Assembly (NCBI GenBank): GCA_026417155.1
Contig: JAOADU010000035.1
Location: 1 to 60,274 of the forward strand
Reading direction: 5' to 3'
Length of the DNA: 60,274 bases
From: Bacteroidales bacterium
GTDB taxonomy: Bacteria > Bacteroidota > Bacteroidia > Bacteroidales > GWA2-32-17
Below are positions 28,599-38,542 of this stretch, one piece after another; position 1 is the stretch's first letter, and each line of letters starts with the position of its first letter. Position numbers and translations under genes: made by a program. The notes beneath the pieces were generated by a model that was not told the DNA's origin, did not search any database, and saw only the letters and a program-made list of their open reading frames with translations.

Positions 28599-29144
28599 TT
28601 ATCTGACAAGAGTGTAAATTTCGGGCAGGTTTCTTCCGTAACCATCATAATCTAAACCATACCCAATGATGAAATCGTTTGGAACTTCGATGCCAATGTA
28701 ATGAATCGGTATTTGTTTTTTGTAGGCATTGGGTTTGAATAAAAATGTTGCAATTCGTATTTCAGCTGGCTCGAAGCCTTTTAATTGACATATTATATTT
28801 TCAAGTGTTTCGCCTGTATCGACAATGTCTTCTATAACAATCACTGTCTTGTTTTTCAAATTTTCGTTTATTCCTATTAAACTTTTTACGACTCCAGAAG
28901 AAGATGATCCTTGATAGGAAGCTAATTTTAGAAATGTAATTTTGCAAGGAAAGGTTATTTGTTTGAATAAATCGGCAGCAAACATAAATGCACCGTTTAA
29001 TATTCCAATGAATACAACTTCGTTTTTAAAACTGTGAAAATCGGTGTTCAGAGCTTGAGCTATTTTTTGTATAGCTTCTTGTATGACAGTGGAATTGATG
29101 CTTTTTTCAAATTCTTTGTCTAAAATTTTTATTTTCTCTGCCAT
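28599..29144 (-). CDS. hpt: Hypoxanthine phosphoribosyltransferase
   Basis: 181 aa. VIVIEDIVDTGETL PRPP-binding motif and FIIGYGLDYDGYGRNLPEIY. Confidence 0.9.
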   Translation of the reverse strand: MAEKIKILDKEFEKSINSTVIQEAIQKIAQALNTDFHSFKNEVVFIGILNGAFMFAADLFKQITFPCKITFLKLASYQGSSSSGVVKSLIGINENLKNKTVIVIEDIVDTGETLENIICQLKGFEPAEIRIATFLFKPNAYKKQIPIHYIGIEVPNDFIIGYGLDYDGYGRNLPEIYTLVR

Positions 29145-29202
29145 TTATACCTTAATTTATTATATGAAAAGTTTAATTTCTATGTAAAAATACAAAAAAA
29201 TT

Positions 29203-30372
29203 TTAAATAAACGCTTTTGCTTCACTTTTTAAAAACGATTGAATACCATTGCACAGAGCTTCAATGTCTGTTTCGTTGTTAAAAATATTAACCGAAATTC
29301 TTACGAAATTATTTCTTAAAGCAACAATAATATTCTTATTTTCTAAATATTTGATGAGCTTTGCATTGTTTTCTGTACCTAATGTGAATGATAGAATACA
29401 TGACCGTTCGTTTTCATTATTGATGGGACTAATTATTGGTATTCCCATTTTTTTAAAACGTTCGATTAACAGTGTTGTGCAATAAATAATGTGTGAGTAA
29501 ATGTTGTTATATCCAATGTTTTCAATAAATTCAAGCATTTCTTTCAAGAGAATCCTATTTTTAATATTATAGCTTCCAAATTGGTATTGTTGAGCCGTAT
29601 CCCAAACATTAAAAGTGCAATTCTTTTTGGTATAAATAATATCGTTGTGTTGATTTGTATTTACTGAGAACCAACCAGCAATGGGTGTTGGGTATTTACG
29701 TCGAAAATTGCTAGTTGTAATAAACAATGTACCGATATGTCCGCAAAATCCCCATTTATGAACCGAACAAGTTAATACATCAATGTTGCATTCTTTTATG
29801 TTGATCGGAAATAAAGGAAATGCTTGTGTAGCATTAACAATGAATAATATATTGCGTTCTTTTAATTTATTCCCTAATGTTTGTATATCGAGACGAAAAC
29901 CTGTAGAATATTGCACATACGAACAGATAACTGCTAAAGTTTGTTTATCGCAATGTTCTAAAATAGAGGATATTGTGTAACGGTGATTTAGATGAGGAAC
30001 GTAACGCATTTCAATGTTAAGGTATTCGAAAGGAACTGTATTTGAAGGGAACTCTTCTTCGAGGCTAACGATATTAAAGCCTTTGTGTTTATTTAAAAAA
30101 GATAACCCTAAAAGCGACATTGCCAATGAGTTGTTTTCGACAAAAACGATATTTTCGGCATCTGTATGTAATAGTTTGGCTAAATATTGATATGTTTCTT
30201 GTAATTTAAGGATGTCTGTTTGCCATTGAAAATCGCCTTCATTGGCAAGCTGCGTATAATTTAAAATATATTTTTGTAAAATGAATTCAGGTAATGGACT
30301 TAAGCCTGCACTTTGAAAGTAATGATATTTTTTACAAACAGGAAAATATTTTCTTACGATATCTATATTCAT
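29203..30372 (-). CDS. Class V aminotransferase-fold PLP-dependent enzyme
   Basis: LTCSVHKWGF (SxHK PLP-Lys motif). ~389 aa from ATG 30372; the track start 30384 is TTG. Confidence 0.7.
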   Translation of the reverse strand: MNIDIVRKYFPVCKKYHYFQSAGLSPLPEFILQKYILNYTQLANEGDFQWQTDILKLQETYQYLAKLLHTDAENIVFVENNSLAMSLLGLSFLNKHKGFNIVSLEEEFPSNTVPFEYLNIEMRYVPHLNHRYTISSILEHCDKQTLAVICSYVQYSTGFRLDIQTLGNKLKERNILFIVNATQAFPLFPINIKECNIDVLTCSVHKWGFCGHIGTLFITTSNFRRKYPTPIAGWFSVNTNQHNDIIYTKKNCTFNVWDTAQQYQFGSYNIKNRILLKEMLEFIENIGYNNIYSHIIYCTTLLIERFKKMGIPIISPINNENERSCILSFTLGTENNAKLIKYLENKNIIVALRNNFVRISVNIFNNETDIEALCNGIQSFLKSEAKAFI

Positions 30373-30539
30373 TTTTTTCTGCAAAGTAAATGAGAAATTG
30401 CAAACATTGAATTGTAAAGAAAAATAATTTTTTTAGGATTATTCCCTTAGTTTTCATACATCGTGAAAAAAACGATGCCAGATAATAGATAAATATCGTC
30501 AAAAAACGCTACATTCATACAATGAAATATTTAAAAAAA

Positions 30540-30547
30540 TAACTTTG
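30540..30547 (+). promoter_or_regulatory. Candidate -7 promoter box (TAACTTTG) for the permease gene
   Basis: Matches TAnnTTTG. It overlaps the TTG that the ORF track used as a start, supporting ATG 30560 as the real start. Confidence 0.35.
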
Positions 30548-30559
30548 CAAAAAATAAAT

Positions 30560-32266
30560 ATGAACTCAAATCTGTTTAGAAAAAAATCTATACACGACTC
30601 AATAAATGAGTCAATGAATTCATCGTTACCATCATTAAAAAAAACATTAAATGTATTTGATTTAACATCGCTTGGTATTGCGGCTATTATAGGTGCTGGT
30701 ATATTTAGCACAATAGGTACAGCGGCTTATCATGGAGGACCAGCTGTCTCTTTACTATTTATATTTACTGCTTTAGCCTGCGGATTTTCGGCAATGTGTT
30801 ATGCACGTTTTGCTTCGTCTATTCCAGTGAGTGGAAGTGCTTATACTTATGCGTATGTTAGTTTTGGCGAGCTCATAGCATGGATTATCGGATGGGATTT
30901 AATTATGGAATATGCTGTGGGCAACATAGCTGTGGCTATTTCATGGAGCGATTATTTTACTGCACTATTGCGTGGTTTAAGTATTCATATACCCGAATAT
31001 TTAAGTGTCGATTTTTTAACGGCTTCGAGAGGATACGAAGAAGTTGTACGATTGGTAAATGAAGGTTATTCTTTTCATTCGTTATCTTATGGTCTTAAAG
31101 AAGCATATTTTGCTTATACAAATGCCCCCGAAATATTGGGAGTTAAATTTATTGCAGATATACCAGCTTTTTCAATTGTTGCAATAATTGCTACGCTAGT
31201 ATTTATAGGAATTCAAGAATCAAAAATAGCTGGTGATTTAATGGTAATACTTAAAGTACTAATATTGCTAATGGTTATTACTGTGGGTGCATTTTATGTC
31301 AATCCTTCAAATTGGTCGCCATTTGCTCCCAATGGTTTTGCAGGTGTGATGAAAGGTGTAGCAGGAGTTTTTTTTGCTTACATTGGTTTTGATGCTATAA
31401 GTACAACAGCCGAAGAATGTAAAAATCCACAACGCGATTTGCCTAAAGGCATGATTTTGGCACTCTTAATTACAACATTATTATATGTGTTCACCAGTTT
31501 AGTGCTAACAGGTATGGTCAATTACAAAGAACTAGGTGTTGGCGATCCGCTAGCTTATGCTTTTGAAAAATACGGATTGACAGAATTTTCAGGAATTATA
31601 GCATTTAGTGCAGTAATAGCAATGGCAGGAGTGTTATTGGTTTTTCAGGTAGGTCAGCCTCGTATTTGGATGGTTATGAGTCGTGACGGATTATTGCCAC
31701 CTCGTTTCTCATATATTCATAAGCGCTTTAGAACACCATACTTTGCGACATTAATTAGCGGAATATTTGTAGCAATTCCTTCTTTATTTATGAATTTAAC
31801 CGAAGTAACAGATTTAACCAGCATTGGGACTTTATTTGCTTTTGTATTGGTTTCGGGAGGAGTAATTCTGATGGATGAGAAAAAAAGTACACATAAGTTA
31901 AATGGGAAATTTAAAATTTTTTACATAAACTCTCGTTATGCAATACCCGTTTCATGGGCATTGTTTGTAATTATTCTTTTAATTTTAAACATATCGGTTA
32001 ATGATATTCAGCGGTTTTTAACCATTCCTCATCTTATTTTTATGGGAGTAGCAATTTTAGTTTCCATATTATCTGTTAAGAGAGAATGGTCATTTATTCC
32101 TGTATTGAGCTTGTTAATAAATTTATATTTAATGGCTGAACTTGGAACTACAAACTGGTTAAGGTTTTTTATTTGGCTAGCCTTAGGACTTGTCATTTAT
32201 TTTGCTTACGGTATAAGAAAAAGCAAGCTTAATCAAACTGCTACAGGTCCTTTTATGGGAGGATGA
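30560..32266 (+). CDS. APC-superfamily amino acid permease
   Basis: About 14 hydrophobic segments. [24 protein letters not shown] and [16 protein letters not shown] motifs are typical of cationic amino-acid-transporter-like APC permeases. Confidence 0.8.
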   Translation: MNSNLFRKKSIHDSINESMNSSLPSLKKTLNVFDLTSLGIAAIIGAGIFSTIGTAAYHGGPAVSLLFIFTALACGFSAMCYARFASSIPVSGSAYTYAYVSFGELIAWIIGWDLIMEYAVGNIAVAISWSDYFTALLRGLSIHIPEYLSVDFLTASRGYEEVVRLVNEGYSFHSLSYGLKEAYFAYTNAPEILGVKFIADIPAFSIVAIIATLVFIGIQESKIAGDLMVILKVLILLMVITVGAFYVNPSNWSPFAPNGFAGVMKGVAGVFFAYIGFDAISTTAEECKNPQRDLPKGMILALLITTLLYVFTSLVLTGMVNYKELGVGDPLAYAFEKYGLTEFSGIIAFSAVIAMAGVLLVFQVGQPRIWMVMSRDGLLPPRFSYIHKRFRTPYFATLISGIFVAIPSLFMNLTEVTDLTSIGTLFAFVLVSGGVILMDEKKSTHKLNGKFKIFYINSRYAIPVSWALFVIILLILNISVNDIQRFLTIPHLIFMGVAILVSILSVKREWSFIPVLSLLINLYLMAELGTTNWLRFFIWLALGLVIYFAYGIRKSKLNQTATGPFMGG

Positions 32267-33027
32267 GGATTATAGTTTTCCAATGTAAAATCGGAATATT
32301 TAAACGCAAAAATATTTTTTACATGTGGATTTATTTTCATTGTTGGCAAAGGTCGAGGTTCGCGTGTAAGTTGTAGCTTTACTTGTTCGAAATGAAATGT
32401 ATAAATGTGAGCATCTCCTAATGTATGAATAAATTCGCCTGGTTGTAAATCACAAACCTGAGCCATCATCATAGTAAGTAACGAATATGAAGCAATATTA
32501 AAAGGTACGCCTAAAAATAAATCGGCACTTCGTTGATATAACTGACAAGAAAGTTTGCCATTGGCAACATAAAACTGAAATAAAATGTGACAGGGTGGGA
32601 GAGCCATTTTATCTAAATCGCCAACATTCCATGCACTTACTATATGACGACGCGAATCAGGATTATGTTTGATAGATTCTACAACTTCCGAAATTTGATC
32701 AATAACTCTACCATCCGAAGCTTTCCAACTTCTCCATTGATGTCCATAAATAGGGCCTAAATCACCATTAATATCAGCCCATTCATCCCAAATAGTAACA
32801 CCATTATCTTTTAAGTAGTTGATATTAGTATCGCCTTTTAAAAACCACAAAAGCTCGTAAATAATAGATTTTACGTGTAATTTTTTTGTAGTAAGCAGCG
32901 GAAAACCTTTGGATAGGTCGAAACGCATTTGGTAACCAAAAATGCTTTTTGTTCCTACTCCAGTGCGGTCGTTTTTTAATGTACCATGTTCCATTACATA
33001 TTTTAGTAAATCGAGATATTGTTGCAT
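32233..33027 (-). CDS. thyA: Thymidylate synthase (ThyA type)
   Basis: 264 aa. [27 protein letters not shown] catalytic Cys, C-terminal [10 protein letters not shown] conserved to the last residue. Confidence 0.95.
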   Translation of the reverse strand: MQQYLDLLKYVMEHGTLKNDRTGVGTKSIFGYQMRFDLSKGFPLLTTKKLHVKSIIYELLWFLKGDTNINYLKDNGVTIWDEWADINGDLGPIYGHQWRSWKASDGRVIDQISEVVESIKHNPDSRRHIVSAWNVGDLDKMALPPCHILFQFYVANGKLSCQLYQRSADLFLGVPFNIASYSLLTMMMAQVCDLQPGEFIHTLGDAHIYTFHFEQVKLQLTREPRPLPTMKINPHVKNIFAFKYSDFTLENYNPHPPIKGPVAV

Positions 33028-33039
33028 AGTTTGGTAATT

Positions 33040-34299
33040 TTAATGTGAAACATTTGAAACATTCATTTCAGTAGGATTATGCTTATGCTTAAAAAGTAAA
33101 GCGAATAATATTGCAACGATTAATGAATATGTTGCAAAGGCTAACCATATTCCATGCCAATCAAAGTGTCCATTTGGTAGAACAAAGAATTTGTCAATAA
33201 GAATGCCACTGAAAAAACTACCCAAAAAAGCACCAAAGCCATTGGTCATCATCATAAATAATCCCTGTGAACTTGCTCGTATGCTAGGTGGAGCTTGAGT
33301 TTCAACAAATAATGAACCAGAAATATTGAAAAAGTCGAATGCCATACCGTAAATAATACATGAAAGAATGAGCATCCAAAGTCCTGAACCAGGGTCGCCA
33401 TAGGCAAATAGCCCAAAACGCAATACCCATGCAACCATGCTCATAAGCATAACTTTTTTGATGCCGAAACGTTTCAGAAAAAATGGAATTGTTAAAATAA
33501 ATAAGGTTTCAGAAATTTGGGAAATAGACATAATTATAGCTGGGTATTTTACTGCTATAGCATCTTTGAAGGCCTCAATTTTGGCAAAGTCGTGAAGAAA
33601 AGTATCACCATAAGCATTGGTTAATTGTAACGAAGCTCCTAACAATAAAGAAAAAATAAAAAATAATGCCATTTTAGTATCTTTAAATAAAGTAAAGGCT
33701 TTTAAGCCTAACGATTCGCTAAGCGAAGTGCTTTTACCTTTCCCTCTTGGTGGACATTTAGGTAAAGTAAAGGCGTATATGCCAAGTAAGGCAGATGAAA
33801 TAGAAGCTACATAAAATTGCATAGGCGAAGTTTCAAAGCCTAATAAACTAATATTCCATAATGCTACAATAAATCCAATAGTTCCGAAAACGCGAATGGG
33901 AGGATATTCTTTTACAACGTCCATCCCGGCTTCTTTCATTGAAGCATATGAAACAGTTATAGCTAATGCAATAGTGGGCATATAAAACATCATGTTAACA
34001 AGCATTACCCAAAACAATAGTGAAGGATCGTTTATTTGCGGAACTATAAATAATAGTATTGCTCCGAACAAATGAAAAATTCCGTAAAGTCGTTCGGCAT
34101 TTATGTATTTATCGGCAATAATTCCTGCAATGGCTGGCATAAATAATGAAGCAATGCCCATAGTAGAGAAAATTGCACCGAAATCTGAACCCGACCATCC
34201 TTTATTTTGGAACCAATATGCCCCAATAGTTAATAACCACGATCCCCAAATAAAAAATTGAAAAAAATTCATGATAATGAGTCGAATCTTTAAGCTCAT
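33040..34299 (-). CDS. NupG-family nucleoside:H+ symporter (MFS)
   Basis: 419 aa. The N-terminus MSLKIRLIIMNFFQFFIWGSWLLTIGAYW closely parallels the E. coli NupG N-terminus as I recall it. Confidence 0.8.
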   Translation of the reverse strand: MSLKIRLIIMNFFQFFIWGSWLLTIGAYWFQNKGWSGSDFGAIFSTMGIASLFMPAIAGIIADKYINAERLYGIFHLFGAILLFIVPQINDPSLLFWVMLVNMMFYMPTIALAITVSYASMKEAGMDVVKEYPPIRVFGTIGFIVALWNISLLGFETSPMQFYVASISSALLGIYAFTLPKCPPRGKGKSTSLSESLGLKAFTLFKDTKMALFFIFSLLLGASLQLTNAYGDTFLHDFAKIEAFKDAIAVKYPAIIMSISQISETLFILTIPFFLKRFGIKKVMLMSMVAWVLRFGLFAYGDPGSGLWMLILSCIIYGMAFDFFNISGSLFVETQAPPSIRASSQGLFMMMTNGFGAFLGSFFSGILIDKFFVLPNGHFDWHGIWLAFATYSLIVAILFALLFKHKHNPTEMNVSNVSH

Positions 34300-34315
34300 A
34301 GTATGTACATTTTAA

Positions 34316-34918
34316 TTAAAAATCTTTTTTTCTTCTGTTCAATTCATCTCTTATTGCCGATGCTTTTTCGTATTCTTCATTTTCGATGGCAGCCTGCATC
34401 ATTTTTTCGAGCTCTTCAATAGTATATTTTGCATATGGGTTTTTCCTAGTTTCTTTTTCTTTGTTAATTTCTGTAGCATCATCTTCGTTTTTTTCTTCTT
34501 CATCTTCAAAGTTTAGGTTTATTCCTGCATGATCGATGATAGTAGGAGTTGTATAAATAGGACAATCGAAACGTAAGGCTAGTGCTATAGCATCGGAAGT
34601 CCTGCTATCAATGATTATTTGCTCGTCATTATGTTGAAAAATCAAATTTGAATAAAAAACGCCTTCTTCTAATTTGTAAATATTTACCTCTATTAAATCA
34701 ATATTAAAAGCTGAAGCAAATGTTACAAACAAATCGTGAGTAAGTGGACGTGGCGGTTTAAGTTTTTCGAGTTGAATTGCAATGGCTTGTGCTTCGAAAG
34801 AACCAATTATAATAGGAATACGTCGCTGACCATTTTCTTCTTCCAGAATTAACGCGTATGCTCCTGAGTGTGTTTCACTATATGACAACCCCACAACGTT
34901 TAACTTGATTTTTTTCAT
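34316..34918 (-). CDS. Bifunctional nuclease (DUF151/BFN) family protein with C-terminal UVR motif
   Basis: LILEEENGQRRIPIIIGSFEAQAIAI...PRPLTHDL BFN core. Acidic linker, then EEYEKASAIRDEL UVR-like helix. Confidence 0.7.
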   Translation of the reverse strand: MKKIKLNVVGLSYSETHSGAYALILEEENGQRRIPIIIGSFEAQAIAIQLEKLKPPRPLTHDLFVTFASAFNIDLIEVNIYKLEEGVFYSNLIFQHNDEQIIIDSRTSDAIALALRFDCPIYTTPTIIDHAGINLNFEDEEEKNEDDATEINKEKETRKNPYAKYTIEELEKMMQAAIENEEYEKASAIRDELNRRKKDF

Positions 34919-35028
34919 GATGTACGTTTACGTCTTCCTAACAAAATTACATATTTCGTTTCGTAAAAAAAATGGACTTAAAAAATTTTACTAAAAATTG
35001 ACAGTTAATTATTTTTTTAATGAAAAAT

Positions 35029-35059
35029 ATTGTTGGTTGAAAAAAACTTTGTATTTTTG
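35029..35059 (+). promoter_or_regulatory. Candidate promoter of rplU-rpmA (aTTG N19 TATTTTTG)
   Basis: Near-consensus -33 box (ATTG, 35029-35032) and -7 box TATTTTTG (35052-35059), 29 nt before ATG 35088. Confidence 0.4.
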
Positions 35060-35087
35060 CAGTCCAAAAATAAAAACATACAATTTC

Positions 35088-35399
35088 ATGTACGCTATAG
35101 TAGAAATTGCAGGTCAGCAGTTCAAGGTAGAAAAAGGAAAGAAACTTTATGTACATCGCCTCAATGCAGAAGAAGGAATGCAAGTTGAATTCTCTAAAAT
35201 AATGCTTGCAGAAGATAATGGCAAAGTATCGGTTGGCAAACCATACCTCGAAGGAGCAAAAATTACTGCAAAGGTATTGAAACATGTAAAAGGCGATAAA
35301 ATATTAGTTTTCAAGAAAAAAAGACGAAACGGTTATAGAAAATTAAACGGTCATCGTCAGCTTTTTTCGCAAATTGAAGTTGAACAAATAACCATATAA
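35088..35399 (+). CDS. rplU: 50S ribosomal protein L21
   Basis: MYAIVEIAGQQFKVEKG is the canonical L21 N-terminus. The ORF-track start 34998 adds 30 non-homologous residues across the promoter. Confidence 0.93.
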   Translation: MYAIVEIAGQQFKVEKGKKLYVHRLNAEEGMQVEFSKIMLAEDNGKVSVGKPYLEGAKITAKVLKHVKGDKILVFKKKRRNGYRKLNGHRQLFSQIEVEQITI

Positions 35400-35411
35400 A
35401 ACGTTATCATT

Positions 35412-35675
35412 ATGGCACATAAGAAAGGAGTAGGTAGTTCGGCAAATGGACGCGAATCGCACAGCAAACGTTTAGGAGTTAAAATATTTGGCGGACAGTT
35501 TGCCAAAGCGGGGAACATTATTGTTCGTCAGCGTGGAACCCAACATCACCCAGGACGTAATGTTGGAATGGGCAAAGACCATACTTTATTTGCTCTTGTT
35601 GATGGAGTAGTTGTTTTTAAACGTAAAAAGAACGATAAATCGTACGTTTCAATAGAACCTATTCAAGTTCAATAA
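35412..35675 (+). CDS. rpmA: 50S ribosomal protein L27
   Basis: [10 protein letters not shown]...[13 protein letters not shown] canonical L27. Confidence 0.95.
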   Translation: MAHKKGVGSSANGRESHSKRLGVKIFGGQFAKAGNIIVRQRGTQHHPGRNVGMGKDHTLFALVDGVVVFKRKKNDKSYVSIEPIQVQ

Positions 35676-35701
35676 TATTTTAAATTATTATGAACCTATT
35701 A

Positions 35702-35736
35702 TCCTTAGTTTATCGTCGGATAGCTAAGGATTTTTT
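35702..35736 (+). terminator. Rho-independent terminator after rpmA
   Basis: TCCTTAGTTTATC-GTCG-GATAGCTAAGGA stem (one wobble, one bulge) followed by TTTTTT. Confidence 0.7.
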
Positions 35737-35749
35737 ATTTTAATAAACT

Positions 35750-37021
35750 ATGATACCGTTAAAATACTTATTAGACCATAAAGAAGAAGTAATTCAACGT
35801 TTAAAAGTTAAACACTTCGATGCTTCCGAAATCGTAAAACAAATTGAAGAAAAAAATGTATTACGAAAAAAAACTCAAGCCGAAACCGATGCAAAACTTG
35901 CCGAATTAAATCAAATTTCGAAAGAAATAGGAAGCTTGTTTAAACAGGGCGAAAAAGCAAAAGCAGAAGAACAAAAAAAATATACTTTAGAGCTTAAAGA
36001 TCAAATTCAAGAATTGCAACATCAATTATCAGATTTAGAAAAACAAATAGACGAGCTGTTGGTGTTTTTGCCCAATATACCTCACAACTCTGTTCCAGAA
36101 GGGAAAGGATCGGAAGATAATTTGGTAGTTCGTCAAGGTGGTGTAACAGCCGAACCAAATAATGGTTTACCCCATTGGGATTTGGCACGAAAGTATGATA
36201 TTATTGATTTTGAACTTGGCAACAAAATAACGGGATCTGGATTTCCTGTATATAAAGGGAAAGGGGCAAAGTTGCAACGTGCGTTAATTTCTTTCTTTCT
36301 CGATGAAGCTTTAAAAGCTGGATATAATGAAGTGTTACCACCTTTTTTGGTGAATGAAGATTCGGGGTTTGGTACAGGTCAATTACCCGACAAAGAAGGT
36401 CAAATGTATCATGTGCAAACCGATAATTTGTTTCTTGTACCTACTGCCGAAGTTCCAGTAACCAATATTTTTAGAGATGTAATTTTAAATGAAGAAGATT
36501 TGCCACAAAAGTATACAGCTTATAGTCCATGTTTTCGACGCGAGGCAGGTTCGTATGGTAAAGATGTTAGAGGATTAAATCGCTTGCATCAGTTCGATAA
36601 AGTAGAAATAGTCGTAATCGAACATCCTCATCGCTCATATGAACAATTAGAACAAATGTTGCTGCATGTGGAAGGTTTGGTTCAAAAACTGGAATTGCCT
36701 TATCGGATTGTTAAGCTTTGTGGTGGCGATATGAGTTTTTCTTCGGCTCTGACCTACGATGTGGAAGTTTTTAGTATGGCACAAAACAAATGGCTTGAAG
36801 TTAGCTCGGTTAGCAATTTTGAAAATTTTCAAGCCAATCGTTTAAAGTTAAGATATAGAGATAAAGAAACAAAGAAAAACAATTTATGTCATACGCTCAA
36901 CGGAAGTGCATTGGCACTGCCTAGAATAGTGGCTGCCATCTTAGAAAATTTTCAAACCGAAGAGGGCATTAGAATTCCAGATGTATTAAAACCATATACA
37001 GGGTTCGATTATATCAAATAA
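35750..37021 (+). CDS. serS: Serine--tRNA ligase
   Basis: 423 aa. N-terminal coiled-coil arm, TAEVPVTN, FRREAGSYGKD, HTLNGSALALPR. Confidence 0.93.
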   Translation: MIPLKYLLDHKEEVIQRLKVKHFDASEIVKQIEEKNVLRKKTQAETDAKLAELNQISKEIGSLFKQGEKAKAEEQKKYTLELKDQIQELQHQLSDLEKQIDELLVFLPNIPHNSVPEGKGSEDNLVVRQGGVTAEPNNGLPHWDLARKYDIIDFELGNKITGSGFPVYKGKGAKLQRALISFFLDEALKAGYNEVLPPFLVNEDSGFGTGQLPDKEGQMYHVQTDNLFLVPTAEVPVTNIFRDVILNEEDLPQKYTAYSPCFRREAGSYGKDVRGLNRLHQFDKVEIVVIEHPHRSYEQLEQMLLHVEGLVQKLELPYRIVKLCGGDMSFSSALTYDVEVFSMAQNKWLEVSSVSNFENFQANRLKLRYRDKETKKNNLCHTLNGSALALPRIVAAILENFQTEEGIRIPDVLKPYTGFDYIK

Positions 37022-37024
37022 CCT

Positions 37025-38389
37025 TTATTCGCCTCCAATAACATTGTCTGGTGGTATATTGTTAATAACGTTTTTCTTTTTCCAATTACCAGTTTTGTAA
37101 TAAATGTATGATAGTGTCATTCCGAAAAACCAAGCAATAGGAATAGACCACCAAATACCATAATAACCGAACGATTTAGATAATATAAACGCAAGCGGAA
37201 TGCGGACAATCCACAACGAAAATAATGTAATAAACATAGGTATTAATGTATCTCCAGCTCCTCGTAAAATGCCATTATTGATAAACATTGCAGAAAAGCA
37301 GACAAAGAAAAAAGCAACAATTTGTAAGTATTCTTTACTAATTTGTATTACCGTTGTATCGCTTGTAAACATGCTCGATAAAGTTGCAGAAAAAATAAAA
37401 ATAAGTGATGAAATGCAAATTGTAATTAAAAACATGATTTTTTGTGTACTAATATATCCGTTTAAAACTCTATCAAGTCGTTGAGCACCGATATTTTGTC
37501 CGACAAATGTTGATAATGCAGCAGCAAAATTCATAGCAGGCAACGAAATAAATGATTCAATACGTGTAGCAATAGAGTAGGCTGCTACAACATTAGTACC
37601 AAATAAATTAACTACACTAAGCAATGCTACCATCCCCAACGCGACAAAGGATTGTTGTAAAGCTGTAGGTAACCCTATCTGTACCGACTTTTTGAAAATA
37701 AAACGATCGAAAAAAATGTTATGCAATTTAATTTTAAGAAAAGAATGATAGCGATTGATATAAATTACCGATAAAATAAACGATACTCCTTGCGAAAAAA
37801 TAGTAGCCCATGCAGCCCCTTCAATGCCCCAATGAAAAACAGCAATAAAAAGAATATCGAGAAACACATTCAATACCGACGAAATTATAATGAAGTACAA
37901 AGGAGTTTTTGAGTCGCCCATACCTCGCAATATTGCCGATGTTCCGTTAAAACCGAAAAAGAAAAGCATACCAATAAAGTATATACGTAAATATTGTGAT
38001 GCCTGTACATGAATGTCGGCAGGTGTTTTAATCAGTGTAAGTATGGGATTTAGGAAAATTAAACCAATAAGAGAAAAAAGTACTGAGGAAACAAGTAAAA
38101 TAATATTCATAGTATCGACTGTGTGTTGAACTTTAACGAAATCTTTTGCACCAAAGTATTGAGCAATAATTACATTAAAACCAATAGATAAGCCTACTAC
38201 AAGCGAAATTAATGTAAATATTATGGGCATAGTAACACCAACAGCAGCTAATGCTGCTTTACCAATTAATTGACCAACTATAATGCTATCAGCCAAATGA
38301 TAAAATTGATGAAACAAATTGCCTAAAAGCATGGGAATGGCAAATTTGACGATAAGAGTAGTTTCCTTACCTGTGGTTAAATCTTTCAT
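37025..38389 (-). CDS. MATE-family efflux transporter
   Basis: 454 aa, 12 TM. The N-terminal IPMLLGNLFHQFYHLADSIIVG pattern is typical of MATE/NorM proteins. Confidence 0.85.
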   Translation of the reverse strand: MKDLTTGKETTLIVKFAIPMLLGNLFHQFYHLADSIIVGQLIGKAALAAVGVTMPIIFTLISLVVGLSIGFNVIIAQYFGAKDFVKVQHTVDTMNIILLVSSVLFSLIGLIFLNPILTLIKTPADIHVQASQYLRIYFIGMLFFFGFNGTSAILRGMGDSKTPLYFIIISSVLNVFLDILFIAVFHWGIEGAAWATIFSQGVSFILSVIYINRYHSFLKIKLHNIFFDRFIFKKSVQIGLPTALQQSFVALGMVALLSVVNLFGTNVVAAYSIATRIESFISLPAMNFAAALSTFVGQNIGAQRLDRVLNGYISTQKIMFLITICISSLIFIFSATLSSMFTSDTTVIQISKEYLQIVAFFFVCFSAMFINNGILRGAGDTLIPMFITLFSLWIVRIPLAFILSKSFGYYGIWWSIPIAWFFGMTLSYIYYKTGNWKKKNVINNIPPDNVIGGE

Positions 38390-38494
38390 GCTGCAAAGTT
38401 GAATAAAAAAATTAATGCACGTAGGTTTTTATCAAAAAAAATGTGAAAAAAAGTTATTAAACAACAGTTGTTACTATTTTAGTAATTTGCAATT

Positions 38495-38525
38495 TTTGGT
38501 TATAACGAAATTTATCTTAACTTTG
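38495..38525 (+). promoter_or_regulatory. Candidate promoter of the SPOR-domain gene (TTTG N19 TAACTTTG)
   Basis: -33 TTTG at 38495-38498 and -7 TAACTTTG at 38518-38525, 18 nt before ATG 38543. Confidence 0.45.
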
Positions 38526-38542
38526 CTTTAAATTATATTTTT

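Noticed and set aside
34947-35285. 112-aa minus-strand ORF, and the 30-codon extension of rplU (34998-35087)
   Set aside because: Both lie over the rplU promoter and leader. L21 starts canonically at MYAIVEIAGQQ (35088), and the minus-strand ORF is Phe/Ile-rich AT-run translation.
38459-38487. Adjacent short palindromes AACAAC-A-GTTGTT and TTACTA-TTT-TAGTAA upstream of the SPOR gene promoter
   Set aside because: 6-bp AT-rich palindromes are expected by chance in such spacers. No regulator gene is nearby and no second copy exists elsewhere in the window.
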